Assembly (NCBI GenBank): GCA_965243135.1
Contig: OZ251539.1
Span: 5,706,250-5,770,249 of the forward strand
DNA length: 64,000 nucleotides
Source of the DNA: Alphaproteobacteria bacterium
Lineage (GTDB): Bacteria > Pseudomonadota > Alphaproteobacteria > MPNO01 > UBA830
Direction of reading: 5' to 3'
The notes beneath the pieces were generated by a model that searched no databases, had not been told where the DNA came from, and saw only the letters and a program-made list of their open reading frames with translations. Numbering within the stretch: position 1 is the stretch's first letter; each line of letters starts with the position of its first letter. Both the position numbers and the translations under genes were made by a program. Shown here piece after piece: positions 47,297 through 57,299 of this stretch.

Positions 47297-48838
47297 ATGA
47301 CGAGACGCATGCTTCCGACCGGCATGACCTCCCTCCGGGAGATCCGGGGAGAGATGGATTGTTACTACGTCGACAAGACGGACCATGTGCGCCGCCTCGT
47401 CGAGAGGGGCAAGTACTATTTCCTGTCGCGTCCGCGCCGGTTCGGCAAGACCCTCCTGGTGGACACGCTGCAGGAGCTGTTCGAGGGAAGCGAGGAGCTG
47501 TTCCGGGGCCTCGCCGTGCACGACGGGTGGGACTGGTCGGCGCGCCATCCGGTCGTGCGGCTGGATTTCAGCAGAGGGGGCGATTTCCGCGCCCAGGACG
47601 GGGTTCGCGTAGCCGTGGAAAGGCAGCTGGCGAGGGCGGAAAGGCGCGCCGGCCTCGAACCGTGCCTCGTCGAAGCGTCGGTTCGTTTCTGGGAATTGAT
47701 CGAGGCCCTGCACGAGCGCACCGGGCAGCGCGTGGTCGTGCTGGTGGACGAATACGACAAGCCGATTCTGGACGCGCTCGACGACCGGGAACTGGCGCGG
47801 GCCAACCGCGACTTCCTGCGCAGCCTGTACGGGGTGATCAAGGCCTGCGACAGGCAACTGCGTTTCGTTTTTCTGACGGGAGTTAGCAAGTTCTCGCAGG
47901 CGGGCCTGTTCTCGGGCCTGAACAACCTGCGCGACATCACCCTCGATCCGCGGTTCGGCACCATCTGCGGCTACACGGACGCGGAACTGGATGCGGTCTT
48001 CGCTCCGGAACTCGAGGGCCTGGACCGGAACGAGGTCCGCCGCTGGTACAACGGCTACAACTGGCGCGGGCCGGAAAGGGTCTACAGCCCGTTCGACATC
48101 CTCCTTCTCTTCGAAACGCGCGAGTTCGGCAACCACTGGTTCCTGAGCGGCACGCCGACCTTCCTGGTCGAGACGCTGGCGCGCCGCAACCTGCCCACTC
48201 CCCGCCTGGACGGCATGATCAGCAGCGAAAACCTGCTCTCGACCTTCGACGTCGACAGGATCTCGGTCGAGGCGCTTCTGTTTCAGACCGGCTACCTCAC
48301 CATCGCGGGCGAGGAGAACGGGCGCTACCGGCTGGACTACCCGAACCTTGAGGTGCGCCAAAGCCTGGGCGAAGCCCTGCTGGGAGAACTGCTCCCGGCC
48401 GAGGCCCGCGAGGAGACGGAGAACCTGCGGCTGGGCGAACTGCTGGAGGCGAACGACTTCAAGCGCATCGAGACCCTGTTCCGCGGCGTCTTCGCCGCCA
48501 TCCCGCACCAGTGGTACGCGACCAGCCCGGTTGCGAAGTACGAGGCCCACTACGCGAGCGTCATCCACAGCTGCTTCCTGATGGAGGGCCTCGAGCCGGT
48601 CGCGGAGGACAGCGGCAGCCGGGGGCGCGCCGACATGGCGATCCGCGTCGGCGGACGCGTCTACCTGTTCGAGTTCAAGGTGGTGGAGCGCGGGCGGGAG
48701 GGGACCGCGCTCGCGCAGTTGCGGGAGAAGGGCTATGCGGACAAGTACCGCCATCTCGGTCGTTCGGTGCACCTGATCGGGGTGGAGTTCAGCCGCGAGG
48801 AGCGCAACGTCGTCGGCTTCGATTGCGAGGCTGCCTGA
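47297..48838 (+). CDS. AAA-ATPase-like / PD-(D/E)XK (PDDEXK_9-type) family protein, paralog 3
   Basis: ORF 47090..48838 trimmed to MTRRMLPTGMTSLREIRGEMDCYYVDKTDH. It is colinear with paralogs 1 and 2. Confidence 0.85.
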   Translation: MTRRMLPTGMTSLREIRGEMDCYYVDKTDHVRRLVERGKYYFLSRPRRFGKTLLVDTLQELFEGSEELFRGLAVHDGWDWSARHPVVRLDFSRGGDFRAQDGVRVAVERQLARAERRAGLEPCLVEASVRFWELIEALHERTGQRVVVLVDEYDKPILDALDDRELARANRDFLRSLYGVIKACDRQLRFVFLTGVSKFSQAGLFSGLNNLRDITLDPRFGTICGYTDAELDAVFAPELEGLDRNEVRRWYNGYNWRGPERVYSPFDILLLFETREFGNHWFLSGTPTFLVETLARRNLPTPRLDGMISSENLLSTFDVDRISVEALLFQTGYLTIAGEENGRYRLDYPNLEVRQSLGEALLGELLPAEAREETENLRLGELLEANDFKRIETLFRGVFAAIPHQWYATSPVAKYEAHYASVIHSCFLMEGLEPVAEDSGSRGRADMAIRVGGRVYLFEFKVVERGREGTALAQLREKGYADKYRHLGRSVHLIGVEFSREERNVVGFDCEAA

Positions 48839-49213
48839 AGCTGGGCGAGTGCGACGTCCCTTTCGAACATTTCGACGGCCGCCTCCGCGAAAGGCCGCCG
48901 CCCGCTCGCTGTCGGCCCTCTTCCGCGGCACGAACGGGTTGGAATCGGCCAGCCGCCGCGTCCAGTATCGTGCATGGCGGAGGCGCGCGGCACGCCCCTT
49001 GCGGCGGCGACCTGCCACTCTCGTCGGGCGCCACCAGCCGTTCCTTGACGGTCGACACCGCCTCCCCGCCTGCGACGACGCCCGGCCTTTCCGGACAGTG
49101 CGTTCCGGAGGCGGCGTCGCCTCCAACAGTTCTTCTGCGCGGGGAAATCCGAGGATCTGCCCGACTTCGGCGCGAACGTCATACAGTCGTTCCTGCCCGG
49201 GTGGAGCGGGTTT

Positions 49214-49314
49214 TTCCTCCCGTTTCCGAATTGCCGCGGATCAGCGAGAGAGCGCCGGCCGGGCCTGTGCGTCGTTCGCGGTTCCGCAAGCCTGCTTGTC
49301 CAAGCCGTTAGGTA
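49214..49314 (+). repeat. ~340-bp repeat, second copy, left part (interrupted by IS insertions)
   Basis: It stops at ..ccaagccgttaggta, exactly where the IS inverted repeat gtgcccgcc begins. Confidence 0.65.
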
Positions 49315-51037
49315 GTGCCCGCCATAAAATAAGCAACTATCTGATTCTGCGCCTGATTCGGGGATTCCCGGTTGCAAAGATTCTCTGGATGTAGTAGAGA
49401 TTCGGTCGGGTAGCCACGATATCAGGCATTCTTCGCGAGGTCAGGGCCATGAGAACGGTCGAGCAGGCGCAATTCCGGCTTGGGCAGCTGCGCGTACATC
49501 AAGCTCGATGCCAAGTCGCGTGACGACATTCCGGCGCTTTTGTGGGGTCTTCAGCACATTTACAAGGACAAAAAGACTCGGGCGGAGCTTTTCGCATTGC
49601 TGGACGCGCACATTTGCCCTGGTACTGACAGAAGCGTCGGAAGGCCGGGCATGGAGATGTGGAAGATTCTGGTTTTGGGGATATCAAGGTTTGGGTTGCG
49701 ATTTCGACCGCCTTCATGAACTTGCGAATCAGCACAAGACGGTTCGTGATGGGGCACAGCGACTTTGTGGACGATACCTACTACGAATATCAGACGGTTA
49801 TTGACAATATTTCGCTTCTGACCCCCGAACTTTTGGCGGAGGTCCAGAAGCTTGTCGTGAAGACCGGTCATGAAGTCGCTAAAAAAACCCTGGCGCACCC
49901 TTGCGAGGCCGGTGTGATTCGTTTGTTGTGATTCGTTTGTTGTGGAAACCGATGTCCATTACCGATCTTAACTTGCTACGGGAGCGCTGTTTAATAAGAG
50001 AGACCGGCAAGGCGGCTCAGAAATTTGAAGTTGGGGGATGGCGTCAATCTCAGCAATTGAGTCGAAAGGTTCACAAGCTGTTTAACAAGGTTCGCGGACG
50101 CAGGAAGCGTCAGGAAAAGGATGTAAAAGCGTATTTGAGATATTGCAGTCCGTTGGTTGATCGTGCCGAGAAGGCGATTCCGGAATTGCGAGAGAAAGGT
50201 GCCTTGCAGAAAAAGATTGAGGAAATTGAACGCTTTATACGCCATGCACGGCGACAGCCAGGGGTCGAACGCCGTCTTCTTCGGGGCGAGACAATACCGC
50301 AAGAGGAAAAGGTATTTTTCGAAGAACACACTCGCTGGATTCAAAAGGGGAAAGCGGGTGTTCCGGTAGAGCTTGGCGTTCCGGTTTGCGTTGTTGAAGA
50401 CCAGTACCAATTCATTCTTGACCATAAGATATTATGGGAAGGCGGCGACACGGATATAGCGGTTTCGATGATCCGTGACGTGCAAGAAAAGTATCCGGAA
50501 CTGCGAGCCTGTAGTTTCGATCGCGGGTTCCACAGCCCTTTCAACCGATCTGAACGAGATACTCGATCTTAACGCTCTACCAAAAAAGGGGAAGCTGAAT
50601 CGGGTCGAACGAGAAAGAGAGGAAGCTGAGGACTTCAAATTCGCTCGGCAGAAACACCCCGCGGTTGAGTCCGCGATAAACAATCTCGAACAACGTGGTC
50701 TTGATCGTGTTCGTACCTGTGGAGCTGACGGTTTCTCCCGAACGGTCGCACTGTCGGTTCTCGCGTTGAATTTACATCGTATCGGGTTGCTATTGCAACG
50801 ACAGGAACGGCGTCGAATACGACGCGCAGCCTGATTACTCTTCTCAGTTGTTCTGTTTCGTCTCGCGTAATTGGCTTTCTGTGTCCGAACTCTTAAAATT
50901 GGTTCCAGCGTGGGTCGCAAATGGCCGGTTCGAGACGAATACTTGCATATGCAATCGAATTTCTGACTGATTTGGCATCGGCGAGCGGCGACACGAGCTG
51001 CCCGGAGCGCAAAACCGGGGGGTTTTCTGGCGGGCAC
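49315..51037 (+). mobile_element. 1.7-kb IS (ISNCY-like, tentative) with a decayed transposase
   Basis: Terminal inverted repeats GTGCCCGCCAtAAAA (49315..) and the reverse complement of ..ttttctGGCGGGCAC (..51037). A 6-bp TAGGTA duplication is at 49309-49314 and again on the right, where it is split by the IS630 insertion. Confidence 0.7.
49449..50834 (+). pseudogene. DDE transposase of the 49315..51037 IS, at least 4 frameshifts
   Basis: Colinear pieces lie in ORFs 49480..49719, 49659..49931, 49901..50572 and 50475..50834 (IKLDAKSRDDIPALLWGLQHIY.., ..HTRWIQKGKAGVPVELG.., ..ARQKHPAVESAINNLEQRGLDR..). Confidence 0.65.
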
Positions 51038-51039
51038 TA

Positions 51040-52154
51040 GTGTTGTGTCCCTTAAATAGATATTATATATCGGCGTGGGAAATTTTCAGGAGGAGGTCAC
51101 CATGCCGAAAGGGAGGCCTGTCACGCCGCTCGTTCTCACTCAGGAAGCGCAACTGCGCAGCATTGCGAATGCAACGTCGCTGCCCTGACTCTGCGCGCCA
51201 GGATCGTTCTGGAGTGCGCCGCGGGAATGTCGAACAGGGCGGTTGCCGAAAAGTTCGACGTTTCGCCGCTGACCGTGGGCAAATGGCGAAAGCGGTTTGT
51301 GGAAGGCGGGACCGAAGGACTGCACGACGAATTGCGCAGCGGCCGGCCCCGGACATACGACGACGAACGGGTTGCCGAGGTCATCAAGAGCGCGCTTCAG
51401 GAAACGCCGAAAAACGCGACGCACTGGAGCGTTCGCTCAATGGCCCGCCATGCCGGCCTCTCGAAGAGCACCGTCCAGCGTTGGTTCGAGTTGTTCGGCG
51501 TCAAGCCCCACCTGCGCAAGACGTTCAAGCTGTCGACGGATCCGTTCTTCGTCGAGAAGGTGCGCGACATCGTCGGATCTCAACCCTCCGGAACACGCGG
51601 TGGTGCTGTGCGTCGACGAGAAATCACAGATTCAGGCCCTCGACCGTACCCAGCCGACCCTGCCCCTCGGGCTCGGCTATGTCGAGGGCTACACCCATGA
51701 CTACATCCGTCACGGCACCACCACGTTGTTCGCCGCGCTCGACGTTGCCACCGGACAGGTCATCGCCACTTGCAAGCAACGTCATCGTCACCAGGATTTC
51801 CTCGACTTTCTGCGCCTCATCGATCGTAATGTCCCTGAAGAACTCGACGTCCGTGGCTGACAACTACGCGACCCACAAGCATCCCAAGGTTCGTGCCTGC
51901 GCAGCGACCTCGCTACCATCTCCACTTCACCCCGACCTACGCTTCCTGGCTCAACCAGGTCGAGCGCTGGTTCGGCCACGGAGACCGCCCTTCGCCGGGG
52001 ATCGTTCGCAAACGTCAGCCAATTAGTGAAATGCATCAAGCGGTTCACCGAAGACTACAATCGCGAGGCCGCCCCCTTCGTTTGGGCTGCTACCGCCGAG
52101 TCCATTCTCGAAAAGGTCCAGCGATTATCTATGCGTATTTCTGGGACAGAACAC
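51040..52154 (+). mobile_element. IS630-family element
   Basis: Inverted repeats GTGTTGTGTCCC.. and ..GGGACAGAACAC, flanked by TA (51038-39 and 52155-56) in a CTAG context, which is typical of IS630. Confidence 0.85.
51102..52150 (+). pseudogene. IS630-family transposase, multiply frameshifted
   Basis: MPKGRPVTPLVL..; [33 protein letters not shown]..; [43 protein letters not shown]..; DNYATHKHPKV; HLHFTPTYASWLNQVERWF. These segments lie in different frames. Confidence 0.8.
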
Positions 52155-52405
52155 TAGGTAGTCTGCCACAATTCGGCGGGGAGGCGCAGCGCCGCCTCTT
52201 TCGCCGCTGCGCGCTTGGCATTCGGCGGAGCCGTCGGCCGAACGGCCAGCGCGATGGGTCTCCGCAGTCGGCCAGTCGCGGTTCTGCCCGCCGGAAGGCA
52301 TCTTCTCGACAGCTGGCGTTCCGTAGCCGACGCCCCGCCGTTGTCAGGGGTCTAGATGCGGTCCGATATATACGATACGGAGCCGCTCGCATGGAGGGGA
52401 AACAG
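52155..52405 (+). repeat. ~340-bp repeat, second copy, right part
   Basis: taggtagtctgccacaattcggcgggg..ttgtcaggggtct..ggaggggaaacaggccattc. It overlaps the 3' end of the split gene at 52344. Confidence 0.65.
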
Positions 52406-52944
52406 GCCATTCGAAATGCATACGAAATGCCGGCGTCGAAATTTTGCCATGCCAAAAGCAGACCAACGTTCCTTCGCCGTCGGGATCGGGAAAAGTAAAG
52501 GTTTTCTCGGAGCGCTTACGGGGTTCCGACTCGTCCGAGAACCAAGCCCGTTTTCCCGTGAAGAAATTTGCGCGAAGTTCCATTCCTGCTTCGGAAAGCC
52601 TTCCCTCTTTGTCCATCTCATTCATCATTTTCTGGAGCACATGGAGCAGTTCGACAATCCTCCTTCCTGCAGGCGGATGATATGGGTAAGGTGCGAGCGC
52701 ACTATCGCAGTATTCGCCAATGCGCAGACGGTTGAAGCGCTCACGGGATCCAGAAAGAAGTTCCGTCCACGTCTTCGGATCCGGCTTGGAATTCAGCAAT
52801 TCAGCCGCAAGATCGCTCGCCCTCCGAAAGTTCTCGACAGGCACTTGCGCGATGGGTTTCTCTAAGAATCCATGAGTGACGATTAACGGATCGACGGTAA
52901 AACGGGATTCGGGGTTTTGGACTGGGCTGAAGGTAGAGGCGGGC
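52344..52944 (-). pseudogene. C-terminal part (197 codons) of the third gene of the DUF262 operon, separated from its N-terminal part by an IS
   Basis: ORF 52344..52967. The first codons of that ORF are IS-end sequence. The real reading resumes at ..STFSPVQNPESRF.. and ends ..FWHGKISTPAFRMHFEWPVSPPCERLRIVYIGPHLDP. Confidence 0.7.
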
Positions 52945-53091
52945 GGGTGCAAATCTGATATTGCCAAATTGAAAAATCTATAAGGTGTTGATTTTTAAGG
53001 ATTAACAAAGTTTGCGCGATAGCGCTTCAAGGCCAAAATCAGCGATTTCGTGACAAATCGCCGTTCCGGGCGCGGATTTTGTCACGATGGC

Positions 53092-53105
53092 GGGGGGGGG
53101 GGGGG
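53092..53105 (+). repeat. homopolymeric G14 tract inside the IS left end
   Basis: Counted directly: atggcGGGGGGGGGGGGGGcgcg, 77 nt upstream of the transposase ATG. Confidence 0.95.
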
Positions 53106-53181
53106 CGCGAAAAAAGGAATGCTCCAAGCCGCAAGATGCGGTAAAATGTTGGCATCAAACCACAACATCAGGAGCATTCCC

Positions 53182-54527
53182 ATGCCAGCATTACAGCCTT
53201 CGGCCGGTTTGTCCATCGATTTCTCGAAGCTCCCCGCGGCGACTGCCGAGGCATTCCAGTCAGCCGCAGCCTTCGAGTGGGTGGAACGACAAGATCAGGG
53301 TTCCGAGGCGTTCGCCGGTTTCGAAACCGAGTTGTTCCAGCATACCTACGCGATCTGCCGGGCGGCCGTAGGCGATTACATTGAAGCGCGGGACGTGGAG
53401 GAAGGCCCGGTTCGCCGGGAGGGTCAGGTTTTCTACCGGGCTGCACCGACGCAAAAGACCATCCACACATTGTTCGGTCCTGTCACGTTCTCCCGCTCGC
53501 GGTATCGCGTGCATTCGGGAAGTTCGTCCATCTCGCCGGTCGATGAAAGCCTGGGGCTGGTCGACGGTTATCTCACGGTTCCAGCCGCTTACCGCGCTCT
53601 CCATGGACCACTGTACGCCGAGAGACGCGGTCAAACTCTTCGAAAAACTGGGGGGCATGAACCCGTCGACGAGCCATCTGCAACGTCTTTTGGTTACGGC
53701 GGGCGATCTCTGGAAGGAGAAAGGCGAGGCGGCCATGGACGAAATCCGGAAGGCGAAACCGGTGCCGACGGAGGCGGTTTCTTTCGCTGTCTCGCTCGAT
53801 GGGGTTGCGCTTCGCCCCAACGGGCGCGAAGAAGCATGCTGGCGCGAAGCGTCTTGCGGGACGGTCAGTTTCCATGACGCGGACGGCAATCGCTTGGAAA
53901 CATTGTATTTTTATGCCGGAAGCCGGCAAGGTAACGCTGAAAGCGCAGATCGCGGAAGAGGTCGCCCACATCCGGAAAGTGAGACCCGATCTTCAACTCG
54001 TCGCTGTCGCCGACGCCGCAGCCGACAACTGGACGTTTCTTGAGAGGCTTCAGCCCGACGAGCGGGCGATCGATTTCTTCCATGCATGCGAACATCTCAG
54101 CGACGTCGCCGACCATGCAGTCGCAACCGATTGGTACGACAAGTACCGTGCCATCCTGCGCGACGATGCCAACGGTATCGACAAGGTCATTCGGGCGATC
54201 CGCCATCTTCGCGACAAGGCGACGACTGCGACGGCACTCAAGGATCTCGAACGCGAACTCAGGTTTTTCCAGAAGCACAGGCGCCGCATGCGTTACGCGG
54301 CCCTGAATGCCATGGGTTACACGATCGGGTCGGGTGTTGTCGAAGCCGCCAACAAGGTGCTGGTCAACCAGCGCATGAAACGGGCCGGCATGCGTTGGAG
54401 CATCGAAGGCGGTCAGAACGTCCTCACCTTCAGGGCATTGATAAAGTCAGACCGATTCGATTCGGCATGGCAAGCAATGGTCGGAGCAAGCATCGCGAAC
54501 GACGATCAGGAGGCCATCGCAGCCTGA
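53182..54527 (+). pseudogene. transposase of the 52945..54567 IS, 2 frameshifts
   Basis: Pieces lie in three frames (ORFs 53050..53877, 53381..54043 and 53799..54527). The C-terminal signature is AIDFFHACEHL..GYTIGSGVVEAANKVLVNQRMKRAGMRWS. Confidence 0.65.
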
Positions 54528-54567
54528 CAATGGAAAACTTGACTTTGGCAATATGAGATTCACACCC

Positions 54568-54931
54568 AGGCGGGCCGTGAAGCGAGGATACGACGGGCGG
54601 CTTCTCCAAGGCCGAGGTCGGTAACGTCTTCTTCTTCAAAATGAAACAGATCTTCGTCTATCTCCTGCCGGTCGTCCTCCATGAACGGTCCTTTTTTTGC
54701 GGTCCACTGCAACAACATTCCGAATTTGTCGCGCGGCAACCGTTTCGCGATATCCAGGAGTGTGACTTTGGGTCGAACCTGTACATTAGGCATTCCCCTT
54801 GCGCAATATAAATTCTTGACGAAAACGGGATGTTGTCTTCGAGCTTCAAGCAGTTCCTCCAGCGGCAAGTAAGGGACAGGAGCCTCTGCGCAGGCTTCCG
54901 CCAGAGCCAGCTCGTTGATGAATGCGCGCAC
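54568..54931 (-). pseudogene. N-terminal part (121 codons) of the third gene of the DUF262 operon
   Basis: GTG 54931 directly abuts the ATPase stop. MRAFINELALAEA..GLGEAARRILASRPA, after which the reading runs into the IS end (WV-stop). Confidence 0.7.
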
Positions 54932-56089
54932 TCAAACTTTCTCCCAGCCTGAAAGAACGGCCAGATCAAGTTCCATTTGATCGAAAAAACCCTCTGGCCA
55001 GTCGCTGATTGCTCCGGTTTTGTCGATGGTGACGGTCATGACCTTCCCGGTATCGCTTTCCGGACCGAAGAAGTGCAACGCGACAGCGCTCTGATCGAGC
55101 AAACTATCGCGCACTGCAAGACGGATGCCATTAAGCAAGTGATCGCTATGGGTTTCGACGAAGATCTGTATGCCCGCGCCAGCCATTTGACCAAGCAGCC
55201 GGCCAACGGCGGACTGCGCCCGAGGGTGCAGATGAGCTTCCGCGCTATCCACGACCATGATCGATCCTGGTGCCGTGGTCAGCAATGCGACTAGCATGGG
55301 AAAGGCGTAGCTCAATCCATAACCAACGTTCGCCGGTCGAACCCAATTGCTCGTTCTGCTTGAACTGAAAGTCAGCAACGCTGGAGAGTCGGGAGTTAGC
55401 CGATCGGCTTTTACGCGAGATCCTGGAAATATTTCGCCGAGCCACGCATCGATCTGCGCACGTACCGTTTCCCGATCATCTTCCGGGTGGCGCCGTGCGA
55501 TGTCGACTGTCTCGTCAGCATACTCAAGATACCAATAAGCGGCATACTCACCGTTCGCGCCGACATCCCCTAGCGGGCGCCATGGTTCGCATGGCACGGG
55601 AAATATCTCAATCTGCGCCTTACGCTCTGCACTGAGGAATATTGCATCCCGCATAGCGGAAACCAGTTGCGAGTGCCCATCCACAGGCTGGATTTTGCAA
55701 ACTGATTCCTCGGGAACGCCGTCTCGCGAATATTCTACGGTTGCGAGATGCATCAACCCCCTGGCCGACAACTCTGATTTGTGATCGAAGGTCCATGTGA
55801 TTTTTTCTTCAGTGTTTCCGACGCTTCCGATGCCGAGCTGAAGAGATTTTTCCGAGGCGTTTCTTCTAATTATTGCGTCCGCGCTGCCTAAGTTAACTAG
55901 GTCTCCATTCAGGTGCAGCCTCCTGCCGTCAGGAGCGACGCGGAGGGCTTGCGTCATCAACAATAGCGCCTGCAGAGCCGTGGATTTGCCGGCTGCATTA
56001 TATCCCGTCAGTACCGTCAGCGGTGCGCAGGGCAGTTCAAGAGCACCGAAGCACTTGAAGTCCTTCATCACTATTGATTTAATCGTCAT
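54932..56089 (-). CDS. AAA ATPase with DUF3696-type C-terminus
   Basis: 385 aa from MTIKSIVMKDFKCFG. Walker A GYNAAGKST, Walker B IMVVDSAEAHLHP, H-loop VETHSDHLL, C-terminal DWPEGFFDQ. The ATG is 2 nt after the DUF262 stop. Confidence 0.85.
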   Translation of the reverse strand: MTIKSIVMKDFKCFGALELPCAPLTVLTGYNAAGKSTALQALLLMTQALRVAPDGRRLHLNGDLVNLGSADAIIRRNASEKSLQLGIGSVGNTEEKITWTFDHKSELSARGLMHLATVEYSRDGVPEESVCKIQPVDGHSQLVSAMRDAIFLSAERKAQIEIFPVPCEPWRPLGDVGANGEYAAYWYLEYADETVDIARRHPEDDRETVRAQIDAWLGEIFPGSRVKADRLTPDSPALLTFSSSRTSNWVRPANVGYGLSYAFPMLVALLTTAPGSIMVVDSAEAHLHPRAQSAVGRLLGQMAGAGIQIFVETHSDHLLNGIRLAVRDSLLDQSAVALHFFGPESDTGKVMTVTIDKTGAISDWPEGFFDQMELDLAVLSGWEKV

Positions 56090-56091
56090 GG

Positions 56092-57207
56092 TCAAATATC
56101 CTGACAACTATCTTCGGTCATATAATTTCCGAGACAATCTTCCACCATACTAAATCTGGTTCTGACTTGTTTGGTGCTGTTCGTAGAATAGGTGATGGCA
56201 TCTTCAAAATCGCAATGCATCATCAAATCTCTGATTAGCGTTTTTATCTGTTTTTTATTCATATCGAAAACCTCGGTCGAAATTTGCGCGCAAGCCCAAG
56301 ATAACACGTCAAAAAGCGCCATATTTATTACCGTCTTGTTATCGCTAAATTTGGCTAAGGATTTTCGAAACGCATGATCGCGAAATAATTTATAATTTTG
56401 GCGCATGGAAGCAATAAAAGTTTCCTCTATTCGAGTGCTTCCCGCTTTGGAATTTAGGTGTATCAAAGATCGCGCCAAGAATTCGTCCATGTCGCCATTA
56501 TCATATGACTTCCATCCAAAAATATAAAATCCGGCAAATCGGTTGATGGCTTCACGGTCGCGCATTTTCTTGGGGTCGAGGGATCCGCCTGTTGCCTTCA
56601 AGAAGTAATCGTTTTTTGACATGTCGGAAACCCAGCGCGTTCCGGGCCCATTGAAAATCGCGTTGCGCATTTGCTGTCGGGTTAAAGGAACGCCGTCGTT
56701 GACGCGTTCAAATATGTCCAGTCGGGCGCGTTGGGGCGCGTCTTTATCGAGGATATAGAGCATAAGCTGTGTATCTTCCACTCTATCTTGGAGTTGTATT
56801 TCAAGATCGGAGAAGCGCTTTTCTTCCAAGGGATGATTGCGGCCGAGCCCGGTCAGTTTCAGCTTTCCATCCAGGAAACGAACGAATGTCGTCAAGCGCT
56901 GAAGCCCGTCGACGATTACGATTCGTCCATCGGGGGCTTCGGCGACGTACAGAGCTGGAAGCGGTATACGCATGATGCAACTTTCGACCAGCTTGGATTG
57001 CTTCTGCGGCTTCCAGACAAAATCGCGTTGAAAATCGGGATCTAGGAAGAAACGGCCACGCCGTATTCTTCTGACAACTTCGGAGACTGTGCGAGTCTCG
57101 GAGCGAACCATAATGTCGTGGAGAGGATACGCGCCCCTCTCGGTGACGGAAGGATCTTCGTATCCCTCGATCTCCTCGGGTGGAGTTTGCTTCAAAGAAA
57201 CTGTCAT
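56092..57207 (-). CDS. DUF262 (GmrSD N-terminal / ParB-like NTPase fold) protein
   Basis: 371 aa. FLDPDFQRDFVW..IVDGLQRLTT matches the DUF262 DGQQR-type motif. The region is low GC. Confidence 0.85.
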   Translation of the reverse strand: MTVSLKQTPPEEIEGYEDPSVTERGAYPLHDIMVRSETRTVSEVVRRIRRGRFFLDPDFQRDFVWKPQKQSKLVESCIMRIPLPALYVAEAPDGRIVIVDGLQRLTTFVRFLDGKLKLTGLGRNHPLEEKRFSDLEIQLQDRVEDTQLMLYILDKDAPQRARLDIFERVNDGVPLTRQQMRNAIFNGPGTRWVSDMSKNDYFLKATGGSLDPKKMRDREAINRFAGFYIFGWKSYDNGDMDEFLARSLIHLNSKAGSTRIEETFIASMRQNYKLFRDHAFRKSLAKFSDNKTVINMALFDVLSWACAQISTEVFDMNKKQIKTLIRDLMMHCDFEDAITYSTNSTKQVRTRFSMVEDCLGNYMTEDSCQDI

Positions 57208-57242
57208 TTTATCTGCGATGAGGATGGAAGCTCATATTCCCG

Positions 57243-57271
57243 AATATTGCGCCCCGGCGTTCCCTTGTCAA
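57243..57271 (-). promoter_or_regulatory. candidate sigma70 promoter of the DUF262 operon
   Basis: Minus strand reads a perfect TTGACA(57271-66), 17 nt, AATATT(57248-43), 35 nt before ATG 57207. Confidence 0.4.
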
Positions 57272-57299
57272 GCGGCGAGGGCGTTCGGGATTGCTCAGT

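Larger units (their letters stand above)
52945..54567 (+). mobile_element. 1.6-kb IS (ISKra4-like, tentative) inserted in the third gene of the DUF262 operon
   Basis: Inverted repeats GGGTGCAAATCTGATATTGCCAAA (52945..) and the reverse complement of TTTGGCAATATGAGATTCACACCC (..54567) match at 21 of 24 positions. An 8-bp direct repeat AGGCGGGC is at 52937-52944 and 54568-54575. Confidence 0.75.

Noticed and set aside
46913-49126. 737-aa minus-strand ORF
   Set aside because: It is antisense to PD-(D/E)XK paralog 3. The same shadow frame occurs opposite paralogs 1 and 2.
53050-53181. Upstream extension of the IS transposase ORF that translates the G14 tract as a poly-Gly stretch
   Set aside because: ATG 53182 has an AGGAG RBS, and the conserved protein starts there. 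The extension lies in the IS terminal region.
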